64,000 nt of DNA, from contig NC_135254.1 of NCBI RefSeq assembly GCF_964204865.1, positions 13,454,001 to 13,518,000 of the forward strand. The letters are read 5' to 3'. This document shows positions 1 to 20,730 of the stretch, one piece after another. Both the position numbers and the translations under genes were made by a program. Below the pieces are notes generated by a model, which was not told the origin of the DNA, did no database searches, and was given only the letters and a program-made list of their open reading frames with translations. This DNA comes from Styela clava (lineage: Eukaryota). Each line of letters starts with the position of its first letter. Within the stretch, counting starts at the first letter, position 1.

Positions 1-549
1 ACCAGTGTGAAACAGATGGAACGTGAATATCTAGCATCGTTCAAAGGTTTCGAACACACTTCAAAATATGATTGGAATTACTAAGAAACAAATTAGAAAC
101 CAGATTTAATTTACTGTTCATACTATAATCCTAATCGATTAAAGTTGTGATTACACGTGGTAAATTTATTCCACGCCGTGAGATATCGACGTTAATCTTT
201 TCCTTGACAACAAAGCGGTAACCAAGTCAGGCGCAATTTATATTTTCTCTCCCACTCGTGTAATTTCCGCTTGAACAAACTAAAACGGATATTCTGATTA
301 AACTAATTAGTCCAGACGCAAATAAGTGACCGTCGATCACGCACAAGCAAATGTCGCTGGTAGGTCTTTGCGTCGTTTCGCATTGGTGCTAACGTTAGTC
401 ATCAGCTGACGTGTTAGTCAGAGCTTAGTCACGATTAAATGAGCTGCAGCTGGACTCGGTCTGATTTGTGTATGATTCAAATTTGCAGAAAACTGAAAAA
501 TGAGCATAGCACTTTCCCTAGAATATGTAAATAATTAAATAGCAAACAA

Positions 550-2481
550 ATGCAGGCTGGTGATGATGCTGGGATGTTTATCGCTGATGTTAGGATCGGT
601 AATGTTTCGGATACAAATTTTCACAGCGGAGAAGGTGATGGAAACACAACATACATACCCAAGGAAGAAAGAAAATTGACTTCAGAAGATAATTTCCCTG
701 GAAATTTTGGATTATATTTGGCCGTCATTATCTTCTGCATGATAATCATTGGAGTACCTATGGGCCTCATAGCTTACAGAAGGTATGTCTTTATAAATCA
801 TTACCGATAAAGCATTGTGTTTTATAAATAAAGAGCACTTGAAGGGTATTGCTGATAAATTGTTTTTACGAGTATTTGCTCAAAGCAATGCATTAACTCA
901 AAAGCGAAGGAAACATACCAAGGAGCTCAATGGCATATGAAGCGTCAGCATACCTGTTAACATGAAACTTGGAGCGGACCTCCTGAAGTGTGCGCACCAA
1001 GATACCAGATTAGGGTTCAGGTTATGCGACATCTTGGTGCGCATATTTCAGGAGTACCCTTGAAGCAATTAGGTGGTGTGATCTCTAGTCCAAGAGGCAC
1101 ACATCCCCATAGGGTGCCATGGAACACACAGAAACTTTGCAAAATGGAAATATTAACCTTCTAGTGATCCAAACTATAGTTAAAATATCCAATTTCCATG
1201 GAAGAATTTCGATTGATATGATACATGGATATTTGGTGGGTGGATATTAATTCCAAGAAAACTAAAAAACTTGGAAATAATTATTTTCCTAATACACAAG
1301 CAAAATATCGACAAAACTAATAGTCGTAATCCATATATTGATCACATATAAAAAATCTTACATAAATGCTATCGATTCATAAAATCATTTTTCACCGGCG
1401 TATTGATATGTATCCCGACAATACGCTGACTGGTAATATGCTTTTATAGTTTATTACAACAGCAATAACTTCATCTAGAACCTATTACACTGTATTGCTC
1501 TGAAATTACGTACATGTACAAGAGAAAAAACGCTGTGGGGTCCGAATTCGAACACCGTGGTCTCGCGCCGTCAATGTAACAACAACTTCTTGTCAAAATA
1601 ATCGACGAAAATCTCGCGCGGTCTGTAATTTTTTAAATTTTGGATATTCTTTGTACAAATTAAACAAAAATTCTGCCAGATAACAGTGCACCACCTATAT
1701 AGTGAGTCTTTACTCTGTCTCGTTTCATTATTAAAAAACGGGCGTTCGTACAATCCAGGATTTCATAGTTTTCTTACGGGAGCGCAGAGCGTTTGAGATG
1801 CCTCAATTACATGACGATTCGAAACCTCTCGCGCAGTTACCAGTCCGTGTCGATTATGAGAATTAGGTATTTTTACCAGACACATGGCTGTACAGCAGCG
1901 AGTCTCATTAAAATTTTGTCATATCCTGCAAACTGCTTGTGCCTTACCCTTAGCACGATTCGATTAGCACTGAGATGTGTAGACATACATATACCGGTAT
2001 ATAATAATACATGCCTGAAATAAATACTTGTTTCTTATTGATGCAAATAACCCTTGACGTGGTCATGTTATAACGCTATGTATTTTATATCGTTAGGCAT
2101 TATTTATTTGCTGCCCTGCAATGCGGATATTTAAACTGAAAAGTTGGTTATCGTAATTCGTAACCATTTTCATAGCCGATTATTCCATTTTATATAGTAG
2201 CCTTGGATCAGGGACTGACCACATTTTACCTCAGAAAAACTAATGAGGCAAACAAAAGCGTAGTGGCAATTTGTGCCCATAATCTCTTTCATATATATGC
2301 CCTTAAATCTTATAGAAATTTTATAAAAGGGTCCTTTTTAAAATAGAATTAATTTTGCAGGAAGCTGTTGATGGCGGAATCAAAACGAATGAAACGACTT
2401 GCAACAATTCGTATACCCCGAGGTAATTATGTTTCGCCACAAGATGTAGTTTTTTTGAAAGAGCAAACTCAATTAATTTGA
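550..2481 (+). CDS. Orphan small single-pass membrane protein (117 aa, 2 exons) with C-terminal [DE]xxxL[LI] sorting motif
   Basis: Exon 550-782 ends AG|gtatgt and exon 2361-2481 follows ttttgcag|; the phases are compatible (AG+G). Protein: N-terminal region with NVS/NTT sequons, TM segment FGLYLAVIIFCMIIIGVPMGLIAY, basic RRK stop-transfer, tail ...VVFLKEQTQLI*. The start codon is uncertain. Confidence 0.7.
976..1059. mobile_element. Internally deleted copy of the TTAGGG MITE
   Basis: IR CTCCTGAAGTGTGCGCACCAAGAT / ATCTTGGTGCGCATATTTCAGGAG around TTAGGGTT. Confidence 0.75.
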
Positions 2482-3401
2482 CTGCAGAACAGTGACGGTG
2501 GAATTTGATGACAAATATTTCTCATGGTAGAATTTGTCTTCATCCTCTGACATAAACGTGTGGAATTACATGCGTACCACTTGATATACATTAACTAAAT
2601 CCTATATACCGTCAATCAATTGGGACGTTTGAAGCATGTCTTGCACCTATCTATTAACCCTTATGCAAGATTCACGAGTTATGGAGCATTTCACTGATGT
2701 CGAATTTCAGTTGTTGGTTCATTTCAAGTTAAATGAAAGCTATTATTCCTCAGCACATTACATCCATTCAATATTACCTCTCTTGAATTTTGTCTTCTTG
2801 AATTTTCCTATCTGAAGGATTGAAAGACCTTTAATCAGGCAAATCGATTTATTTTTATTTCGTTTCAATTAAGTACAATGAAAAGGACTGCAAATCACGT
2901 TAGTTTACAAGCGGATTAATAATTTGAGCCTTCGTATTATAAAATTGGACAGTGGAATAAAACCAGTGGCGTGGAGAAAGGTTGGCAAAACGCAAGTACA
3001 ACGCCTTCAAGCAAAATGTTCTGAAATCAAAAGACATTGTTTAATTTCTCGGAGGAGAGAAATGTTTCTCAACAACATAGCAGCAGCATTCCTGTTTTAA
3101 GCCACTTTTTAACAACCCGTGATGTTTGACATTTCAAAATATGTTATCAATAATGGTGCAGCTAATTAGAAATCAAGTACACATGAAAAATATGTTATAA
3201 CATGTGGATTTTGCTTTTTTGACGGCATACTGATTAAATCAACCAAAATGCACTTGCAAATTGTAATACTTAATGAGCATCACTATTCTCCCACACAACT
3301 GTATAAATGTTCAGGTCAGGAGATACGTATCGCGAAATGCCACCAGTTTATGTTTCTTTATGTTCAATTGTTTACATAAATCCAAGATGTGTCTTAACTG
3401 A

Positions 3402-10289
<6,888 letters not shown>

Positions 10290-13200
10290 TGTGTTTCAAT
10301 TGTAATCTTGTTAATCGTTAACAATATGTTTGTTAACGTGGCTGCAAACCAGCAGGCACTAAAATTAGTCCTTAATTGTTCACAGGTGGAATAGAGCGAT
10401 ATTCATATTTATTCAGTTATACGATATTTGGTAGCCTCATACACAAGTCCCATCTATCTATAAGCCTGTTGATTTTACACATTGGATACCATATGGAAAC
10501 CAATTTTGCTGTCATTCACAATCAACATTTTATTAATTAGTCCACCGCACACTGTTAATAGGGAAGTCGATTACCCGAAAGTAAATAATTGTAGTTAAGT
10601 ATCCCAGAGTATTACAATATATAATTATATATACATATAGATCTTTCAACTGAAAAGGCCCCATTCACAAATCTATTTGCATAACATTAAAAAAATTAAA
10701 TTGCGCAAATTTCTGCTTTCGCAAAACTGCATTTTTGCACAGGAGTGGACTCTCGAAAAACTAAAATTTTTCATAACAATGCCTAGTCAGCAACAAAAGA
10801 ACGGTGACCCAACAACTGAACGTTTATTAGTCGGCCGGACACTTTCACTCTCGTGGATTTTCAAGCTCAAATGTCAATATTGGCTTTATTTACTTTTAGT
10901 TATGTGTCGTAAATTTGGGTATAAATGAAAAACCAACCGTAATTTTGTCTCCGGAAGCGTTTCAGTTTAGTTGCGGTAACTAAAAAAGGTACTGAAAAAA
11001 TGGGACAGACTTAGCTAAAAATAGCTGACAGTACTTTTTCATGAAACGGCTTGAATAATATGTAATAAATTGTGATTTTGAATATGTATATCTGTTTACA
11101 CGTGTAACCCGCTGAAACATTATAAAAATAAGCACGAAAAATGTTGCAATGGTGTAGTATAGGAAGAATTTCTATAGGGACAAGGGCCGGGAAAACAACT
11201 CGTCCTGGTAGCGATCAAAAGTAAAATTCCGTGTACAGGGCTAAATTTAATAATTAAAATTCAATTTAAAGAACTTATTTTCATAAGCTCGGAAAGCTTA
11301 CACCTTGTACGGACAGTTTCAACATTGGCGTGCCATTGAATTTTTGGCCACGACTGGCAAAGCAGACACCAAATGTTTTGCTTGGCCAAAACCCCGTTAA
11401 TCCGCCACGCACCGTAGATGTACTGCATTTGAATGGACCATTGGAGTCACTAAGGCTCGAACTACAGATTTAAAGCAATTTTGCCTGGGCCTAGACAGAT
11501 CTTTAGATACATTTTAACCGATAATTACACCATATAGGGTATCATTTATCCTTGCAAGTACACTAATCTAAAATGAGAAAACAGTGCCCAAATGTTCTGC
11601 CCATACGTCGAATATTTCTTAAACTTTCTCTACCCTAAAATCATACTTCAATAATTTCATAGGTACTTCAGTGAGCACATTCAATCGAGTGGTAACACGA
11701 ACTTTGCGTCATATATACAATATGAAATTACCACAATCCATCCCCAATAACTACACGTCTACACGCCCACATCAGTTCCCCATTTCATTGTATTGTTATT
11801 TTCGTCTTTGAAACATACGCCCGGGTGATTTGAAAGGGACGTTCGCCTTCATGAATATATGAATAAATACAAATGGCTTTGAATGCCTCGGTCCGTTTTA
11901 CAGAACTGATTGTAAGCCGCTTACTCTATTGCTTACATTTAAAGATTGTTTTGAGGTCGATATCAGTTCCCTATTATTACTCATTTAAATATATACAAAC
12001 AACACAAGTTGAGCGCAAAGTGTAACGTATTTACGTGACTTTGTAATCTTGCACTATTTCAGTATTTGATTTTCAATTTTTTATAACTTAATAACCCTCA
12101 TTTTGAAAACTACCTTTCTGATTGCCAAGCCTGATTTTGTAATTAATTTTGTCCAAACGGCCTGGCCTGGTCGATATTCAGACAATGCGTTATTCGCCAT
12201 TCATTGTTCGGCCAACCGATGTGGAGATGGAAAATACAATGAAAGTTGACGACCCGGGGTGTTCACAAAAGACGAAATATAAATGAAAAAGCTGTTAGGA
12301 GAAAATTCAATGATACAATCGGTAGACGAGATTTTCCCGGAGTGAATACTTTGACTCATGCCGTCCATCCACTTAGTTTTCCAACTTAACAAGACTACCC
12401 TGTATTATAAATACTTGATATATCAAGTTCATGCATTTGAAAACAAAATAACTGACCCGATACACGGCATGGACTGGCAACCAGACGAGAAGCCGTGGTT
12501 CGACATATGATTGAGCCATCTTATATATTTTGTCATTGCGAAATTTTTTATGCTCACATTGAGAGTAATATTTGCGAGTGGACTAGTGATTCTTAAATTT
12601 TAGACGGAAGATTATTAAAAACTGACAAATGACATTCAAAACTACCACAACGAGTCGATGTTTATTACCGTGCCTGCAGATTTCGGAGCGGTTTCTCAAA
12701 TTTCAATTGTTACTTCATGCTCGATTCATCGATGATTGGTCATTGTTATAAAGGAAAACAACATTCATAGATAGCAAAATTTAGCAATGTGTAAATTTGA
12801 AATGAGTCTTGTTAGGATATCGGAGCCCTTGTTTTCGAATTAGTTCAAAACTTTTCAGACATCTGATAGAAGAGAAATTACCAAGTACTTGCAAACAGCC
12901 AACGTCTTGTGCACAAAACTTTATTTATATCGAAATACTTTTAAAACTGGGGCTTTCCGAATAGGTCGAAGCCTGCAGAAAATTAAAAAACATTCTTGGT
13001 TGACTCTATCTGACACCGTACAAATTCAAGAAGCAATCTTCAAAAACCAGGGCCTTTGTACGCTGTTAATAAGTGGGCCCATTTCGTAGTCTCTTAAAAT
13101 AATAGCCTCATAACCCGGAGTCCAGCATCATCAGTCTTAGCAAATTTAAAATTCGAATTTTTGCACTCCCAAGCCACATTGCTGCTGTTGCGAGTCACAA

Positions 13201-13792
13201 ATTGGGCTGGTATTTTCAAATACCAGATGATTTCGCATTTGATCGAATATTTTTTCGAATTGAATACTTAAGGAAGATTTGTAACTAGACTACTGGAGAC
13301 TATTTAATAATTCGAAGATGAATCACACTGGCATTTAGACTTCATTTTGCGTTTAGTCCAGTCACTATCTTTGTAGAGTCTTTCAGTTTAAGATGGGTGA
13401 CAAAAGGTTGAATTGAATCAATCACTCTAATCTGCCAACATTGGTCACTTTCAGACCTGCTAGCTGATTGAAGCAAAGACAACCATAGCACTGATAACAG
13501 CATTAATATGAACCCATGAATATTCCATTATATACAAATAGTGCATGGTTATTAAAATCCTTTTATTTCCTTTTTATGTATGATTGATAGAGTACAATAC
13601 ACTGCCTATCTATTCCGTAGGTCAGAAAATGAAGCAAATTTCAGGACTGCTCCCATCGCCCAAAATGCTTTTGGGCTTTGCTATCTACTTGTGCAAACGA
13701 TTGTTAATCAGCCCATCCTATAATATTCTTCGAATATTAGCACAAGCAACAGTTGTTTGCAACAATTTTTCCTCATGAAATTCTCCTCAATC

Positions 13793-16644
13793 TCAGGACT
13801 CTTCTCTTCGTAACCTCAACACAGCTTGATTTACAACATCACTCATGATGTCAGGATTGAGTAGTTCCTTGATCTGAATAGCAAAAATTTTACCAGAATA
13901 CTAATCAAAGATACTTAAATATACTCATGCATGCCACCTAAATATATTATTTATATATGCAATTGAAATGCTCGACACAAACTGGGTTGGCATCCCATAC
14001 ATTTACACGACAATTATGACAAGTGAGTGTAAAAATTAGTTCGTTGCAGAACGGGTGGGAAATTGGACAGGAGGGAGACCACCCTTTTGGTGACCTCTGC
14101 ACTGAATCATGGTCACTTACCTACCTATTCCATTTATGCATCATCCCCCGCAGGACAGTGTAATTGATATGTTTTACAAACAACAAACCTGATGGCTGAG
14201 TGAAACATCATAGGTGTACATTATACTTGTATCATAAAGTTGTATATTATGTTGTGCAAGACATTTTATACAATTCCGAAGTCTACAAATAACTTCTCTA
14301 TCTTCTAATGCCACTGGTTCAACATCTGCAACAAATCCGCCATGACCTATAAAACAACAATTGTTGCAAAGCATTTGAAGAAATAATTGGCAGCAAATAT
14401 GATTCTTGCTCTTGGCCAGGATTAGTGCAGAGCAAAATCAGTTGATTCTATGATAAATTCAAAGAATGTCAATGCTTTGCTATCTCTTGTTTGGATTCAG
14501 AAACAAATTTGCGCAAATCTGAGGCTAGTATCAGAGTCTAAACGACTGGTTCTGAAGACCCTCAACATAATATAACACAATCAACATGTGTTATATGCAA
14601 CGCAGCCTAATATAAAACGCCTGCAAACGAACGAAACCGCCAATTGACTCTAAATAATTGTAGCCACTTAGCGGGCTGAGGGCCATTTTTTGCAAAACCA
14701 GGATCAAGATTATCTACTCAAAGCCGGGAGCAAATTTAGAATGAATTAGAGTAAGATGTAACATGATAAGAGCATGATATTACGAGCTTCACAAAGTCTC
14801 CTCAGCATTACAAAATAAATGAATTCACAAAACTCTGATATTTTTGTAAGATTGAATAAGTTTAGTGACTGAACATTCGATTCAAACCAGTCATTCAACG
14901 ATTCTTCAAACCAACCTTTATCCATTTCCTCATTATCAGTAGCAGGTGTTGCATAGATCCAAATAAAGCCGTTATTTGCAAGAACAACAGTAGCACCACA
15001 TGGTAAATTGTGAATATGATTTTTCCTTCTTTTTACCAATGATGGAGAAACTACAACTAAGCAACCTTGCCCCAATTTCCCATATCTCAGACTCCTTGTA
15101 TGTAGTGAAAGAGATCCATCATTATGCACCTAAGCCACATTAAAAAAAATTGGCAGTATATTCACTGTAAATGACAAAAACATATGACACTGAGTTGAAT
15201 AGATTTGTTAATGATGATAAACTGTATTGCATTACATTGATACATAACAAGTTACATGAATAAACTCATATATGTTTTGCTCATAAGAACTGCTATTCAG
15301 TCTGCCAATGTCCAGTTGAGAAAAACCTGACTTATGTGTGAGTCATCAATTATTAACATATATCTGTGTGGTTTCAGTTTCCCTTGATATTTCAATAGTA
15401 GCCAATGACTCTATTCAAAGGTGACATCTTTAACTTTTGAGTGAGTGTGCACGATCCTGGTTTAAGTAATATTTCAAATATGAACACAAATAATAAAGAT
15501 TGTACAGACCTGTTGAACTTCAGCGCTGATCAGATCTCCTTCTTTTAAATATTCTCTCATTGTTAGTTGATCAGCAGCTGATCTTCTTCTTAGTTCACCA
15601 CCAGGCAAATTAACAAATGAAAGATGTAAAACCGAATCTACTCTGGAATTGGTGTTCACCTGAAAATAGAGAGGGCAGTGGTAAAATACACATATTTAAA
15701 TGAACAACTTTTTAACTTTTTTTTCCCTTGCGTCTATTTGTTTGCACAGGTATTCAGGCAAGAAATTTGTTTACTGTTTTCTTTTACTTTATTTCTATTC
15801 AAACTAGTTTGTGTTGTCAACATAATCCAATTTCTTTGGAAAAATGACAGTGCTGTTAATTTATGCTATTTCAATCTAAGAAATAGAATTGGGGCCAACT
15901 AACTGAAATAGACAAAGGTGGGCTTCAAAACAGAAATAATGAGGTCTTCACAAACCCCATTACTAAGTATGTATCAGTGATTGCTTGTCCAGTGACTTGC
16001 TCATTAAGAGTGTGAAACGGTTTCTATATAAAAAATATGTTCAATGAGTGTGCTGATTTTGACGTCTTTTAAATTATCTGAATTACATTCAAAATAACAA
16101 TATTCAGTTGGACTTTATTTGGATAATGCCAATAAGCATTTATAAAAAGTGTGAGAGGTCAATAATTGATATCAAAATGTTTATGTAAAAACAATTTTAT
16201 ACCTTCCATCTTTTTTGTTGAACTTCCTTTATCCTTCCAACAACAATATCACCAACTTCACCATTATAACGCAGTTTGAGAGGTTTCACGCTGATAAGTT
16301 TATTTATCCGTTCCACAACACCAGCAACACAAGCATGAAGTTTTTCATCTCTCATGTAACTTCCTGAACATAAAGGAGAAAACTTGCAATGGAAAAATAC
16401 ATAAAACTCTGAAACTCCAAACAAGAATTGGTCAGTTCTTTGTCATATAAATTTGCAAATGAAAAGATGCCTTTATACTGTTATAGGTAAACAACATTGT
16501 TGTCTCACCATGCCCTCTCATATAATCTGTATCATCTGTGACAATATCTCCAGGAGTTACGAAATGTGCCAATCCGTGTGAGCCCTTCTTCGTGGGCAAC
16601 TTCGAGTATGCAGCAGGCCGACGAATTAGAATTCCTGATTCCAT
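13793..16644 (-). CDS. EXOSC2: Exosome complex component RRP4, 299 aa, 6 exons
   Basis: Exons 16509-16644, 16203-16363, 15510-15659, 14916-15129, 14189-14346, 13793-13873, all phase-consistent. Motifs: FVTPGDIVT..YMRGHG, RYNGEVGDIVVGRI, NLPGGELRRRS, SLHTRSLRYGKLGQG, LANNGFIWI, DREVICRLRNCI. Confidence 0.96.
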
Positions 16645-18279
16645 TACCGATTGGCTATTCCACGATTCAGATTTCAGTCATACCACCGACCAGCGGTACC
16701 GTACACTATCTCCAAACTATGATACTGAAAACCACGCAATTTCGTTATCTCTGTGAAGTTAGCAGGAAAACACGAAATTGGAGCTGTTGACTGTTGTGTG
16801 GCGAACTTCATCTCGTTTATTTTGTCTTCCATGAGGTGGCACATGTGCGCCACAACAAGATTATGGACGTTTCCCCGACCCTTGACCCCTGGAAGATTCT
16901 CCCCATACTTTATCATTGCAAAATTTACAACTTCGATTTTGAGAACGTTTTGGAGTGTTAGCGCTTACAAACTGGCTCACATGTTCAGAACTTTCATTTT
17001 TATTTATTACGATAAGCCACATGCCGCTTATAGGCATCGATAGCTAATTTTGGTCTGATATAGTCTATTGCAGGGGTTCTCAAACTTTTGGTGTTGCGGA
17101 GCCCGTGAAGATGTTGACTATTATTCAAGGAGCCCTAAAATAAATTTTAAAATTGTTACTTAACGATTAATACTACTGAGTAAGTTAAAAGTACTTTACT
17201 CGATTTAAATGCTAAACCTTTTTTAATAGGGTTAATACAAGTCATAAATAAATCTAAATTTCAAAGATAAATCATATATATTAAGGCTGTAAATTTAACA
17301 CTTGACCAACATATTAATAAATTAGGGGTCGAATCTTTTTCCTTTTGATATTTTTGGAAGACTTAAAAGGTTGCTGCGCGATTGCATTTTGGTACAATCG
17401 CCGACTGTTTTCGTCAGCGAGAAACGTTATACCTTATTAAACATCTTTACGTCGGTGTTTATTCTCCCTGAATCAAAAATTTCCTCCGGCATATACCAAA
17501 TTAAATGATCTAAAAACAACATTCAAAATTAAATGGCAACACCATTCAAAATTGGCGCTTCTCCGCGAGCGGTACAAATTTTCTTATCGAGCCACAGTTT
17601 GCACATCCCTGTTTTAAGGCATTCTGAAACTATCGTTGGGGCCACATGCAACTTTTACTCTGGTTATTATGGAATATAGTATAATGTATATATATAAAGG
17701 CGTATTCAGTCAATTTTTAATGTACTAAAACAAATCGTAGTTTTTTGATATTTTATCCGAGACCTAGGGATTTTTCATAAAAAATAATAGAAGTGGCAGA
17801 GAGGAGTACCAATATAAATTTGGGTAGACTTTGGGATTTTAGAGTAAATCTTGGAATTTTTTTTAAATACGATATCTTATAACTGGCTGTCAATACATTA
17901 GAAACTCTACCTACAAAATTAATTCGTTTCGGGAGCCCCATCTTAAGTAGAAAATTCTGTAAGTAAGGACGCAGTTTTCATATAAATGCCTTAATTCGTT
18001 CTAAGCCTACACAAAACTCGGACGTAACATTTATATAAATTTTAATACCGGGTAAACCCGTAACAATAACATGTTAGAATTAAATTACCACATAATAAAA
18101 AGAAAATGTACACATAGAAAGAATAGAGGAATAACCAATAAAAACTTCGAACGGTAGACCGTGTAGAGCGAGAGGATGGCGATCTGAGTTTTTTATTATT
18201 ATTTCATTTTGCTCACTAAACCATTTGTTGATTCAGAAAAAACGCAAATATCATTACGCGATCATTTTCATAATCAAAT

Positions 18280-18508
18280 GGGTACTCCCGAAGTATGTGA
18301 ACCAAGATGGCGGACACCGGAATGTAGTATGTGTACCAGGTTAGGGTTGGGCCATAATTTCAGGTACAAATACTATACGGGAGTCACTTGGCTAGTCCCG
18401 GAACTCATAATAGAACAAAAATAAGGAAAAATTGTGGCTGAACTCGAACCTGGTACACATACTACGTTCCGGTGTCCACCATCTTGGTGCACATACTTCT
18501 GGGGCGCC
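18280..18508. mobile_element. Same TTAGGG-containing palindromic MITE
   Basis: GGGTACTCCCGAAGTATGTGAACCAAGATGGCGGACACCGG... with the inverted arm ...CCGGTGTCCACCATCTTGGTGCACATACTTC. Confidence 0.85.
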
Positions 18509-19734
18509 ATCAAAGTGAATCCGATTCCTGAATTTCCATCCGTCAATGATGGAGAGTTAAGACCGGAAATCGTGTTTTATTATTCGATTCAGTGCTGTTA
18601 TAAATATTTCATGCCAGTAGTTACGATTTCATTTTTGATTGTCATCAACGACGTCGGGAAAACGATAAAATTCGTAATAGATACTGAATAATATTTAAGA
18701 GCTATTCCACACGCTCTAAATTGCAAGGAATGAAAAATTTCCCGTGATGTACGGTCACTATCGAAATTGAGGATGAAAACGATAAATAGCGACACAATTT
18801 GCTTTTAGAATTATCGCCGAGGCCTCACAAACTATCTCAACTAAATTTTAAATGTACGATAATAATTTCGTATATTATTCGTAAATCTCCGACGTGTTAT
18901 AACCAATTCAAGTCAGCGCTAATTGAAATCTTCCCATGCGGCTGTAATATATTGCCTTGCGTACACGGCTGCCTCCGATTACGATAAAAATGAAGTATTT
19001 GTAAAATGTTTTTAATCGGAACATGGACCGCGGCGCTAGGATATGTGCGCTTATAAACTCGAAAAAACGATATTCGAAGGTCGCGATATTCAAATATTAC
19101 CTTCGAATTGGACATCCCTGATTCAAGCACTGCATTAAATTAATCTCAAATTACACTACACGTGGTATTCAAGTTTTCGACCTTCCGTATGTTGACAATT
19201 TGAAAAAATCCGACTATTTTTACGAGTGGCGTAATTCGGCGAATGTTTTTCAGGACCCATTTCATGGAAATTTCCGAATTTTGATCTTCCCACCGCTTTG
19301 AAAATCTTGGCTGTGCCACTGAAAGTGTGTATTGTAACGCGAGTCTAATCGACCCTTTATTATGACATTTTGTGCCGGGACAATATGCCAAATTTAGGTT
19401 AATCATGCTTAAGATAAGTATTTCGCAAGCTTTGGACACGGAAATTGTTGGGATATCCATCCTCTGAAAAGCAATCGATTTTTACGATCACCTATTATCA
19501 TCAAGGTCCTTATTAGCTAAATCATTGAGCTGAAGTTACAAACTTTCTATTACTATCAAATATCCCACATATCGTGTTTCAAAACGTTAAATTTTTACAA
19601 AGTATGATTGTCACTTCATCCATTAATTCCCATGCATTCGCCGACAAGAAATGCGACGGAACAGAAGATCAGTCAAGCGTTTACTATCTGCAGCATAACA
19701 ATGGTCATTTTGATCCATTGTTAAGGTATCAATG

Positions 19735-20013
19735 AACATATGGCGAACCACGGCCTCTCGTCCGGTTACCAGTCCAGGTCGGGTATGGGATTTATTAGCC
19801 AGTTATTTTGTTTTCGGAAGCATGGACTTGATGGCGGAGGAAGCCGTAACCGACCAGCGGTTACGTGAACCATCCTATACGGCGGCGAGGAGTCCAGCAA
19901 TCCTCCGCACATGATCACCCCCGCATGGGATTCGAACCTGCGAACCCGTGAAGGGTAACCAGAGATGCGGTGGCGAGCGTATTCCTAACGCTTAGCACGA
20001 TGCGCCACACCGC
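19735..20013 (-). mobile_element. tRNA-derived SINE, near full length
   Basis: Minus-strand head GCGGTGTGGCGCATCGTGCTAAG (A box) ... GGTTCGAATCCC (B box), followed by a body. Degenerate copies lie at about 20560-20730 (-) and 12468-12510 (+). Confidence 0.78.
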
Positions 20014-20559
20014 ATCTAAAGGTACTCAGAACCCACAGTGACAATTAATTTGTTTGATTTACAACTATTTTTCAGAACTGGAGACTGGCAAATTACACGC
20101 AAAACGAGGCAATGTTTACACCACGCTTGAATGTCTGAGCGAAAGAGCTGTCTGAGCGGCAGCATAAATTCCAATTGTTACGTCATTGTTAATTTATTGC
20201 TGATTTTTTTACGGAAATAAATAAGAAAATCGATGTCCTGGGATACATCTATTGTTTTCAAACGGTGAGAGAGAGAAATTCTATTATCACAAACAATGTC
20301 AACACTATGATACATTTGGAGTAACAGACTAAAATATAATTAACTATAATTGGTTGATCATTATCTGATCATTATTAGTGAGGGCCAGTATGCAAAACCG
20401 GTCAGGTCACCCAGGCTCCTTGCCCATGCTTTTTTTAGGAAATCAATCTGATATAGCAACGGTGGGCAAGCCGCATGCGGCTCGCAAGATATTTAATGCG
20501 GCTCGCAAGATATTTGCTGTGTTGGCGGTATGCCGTGATAGATAGGATTCACATATTTA

Positions 20560-20730
20560 TCCTGGACAGCCAATATGTCGGGTTAATCATATGGCAATGT
20601 TTAATATGAAATTAGTTAGCCAGTTAATCGTTTTCAGATGCATGGACGTGATGGTGGAGGAAGCCGTTACCGACCAGCGGTTACGTTAACCACCCTACAT
20701 TGGATAGGAGTTCAGCAATCCTCTCACACA
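20560..20730 (-). mobile_element. Degenerate copy of the same SINE body
   Basis: Shares CATGGAC.TGATGG.GGAGGAAGCCGT.ACCGACCAGCGGTTACGT with 19821-19866. Confidence 0.75.

Noticed and set aside
12114-12200. Possible alternative first exon of SLC38 (MANNALSEY...AIRK|gt)
   Set aside because: Its phase-0 donor is incompatible with exon 2 (phase 1) and exon 3 (phase 2).
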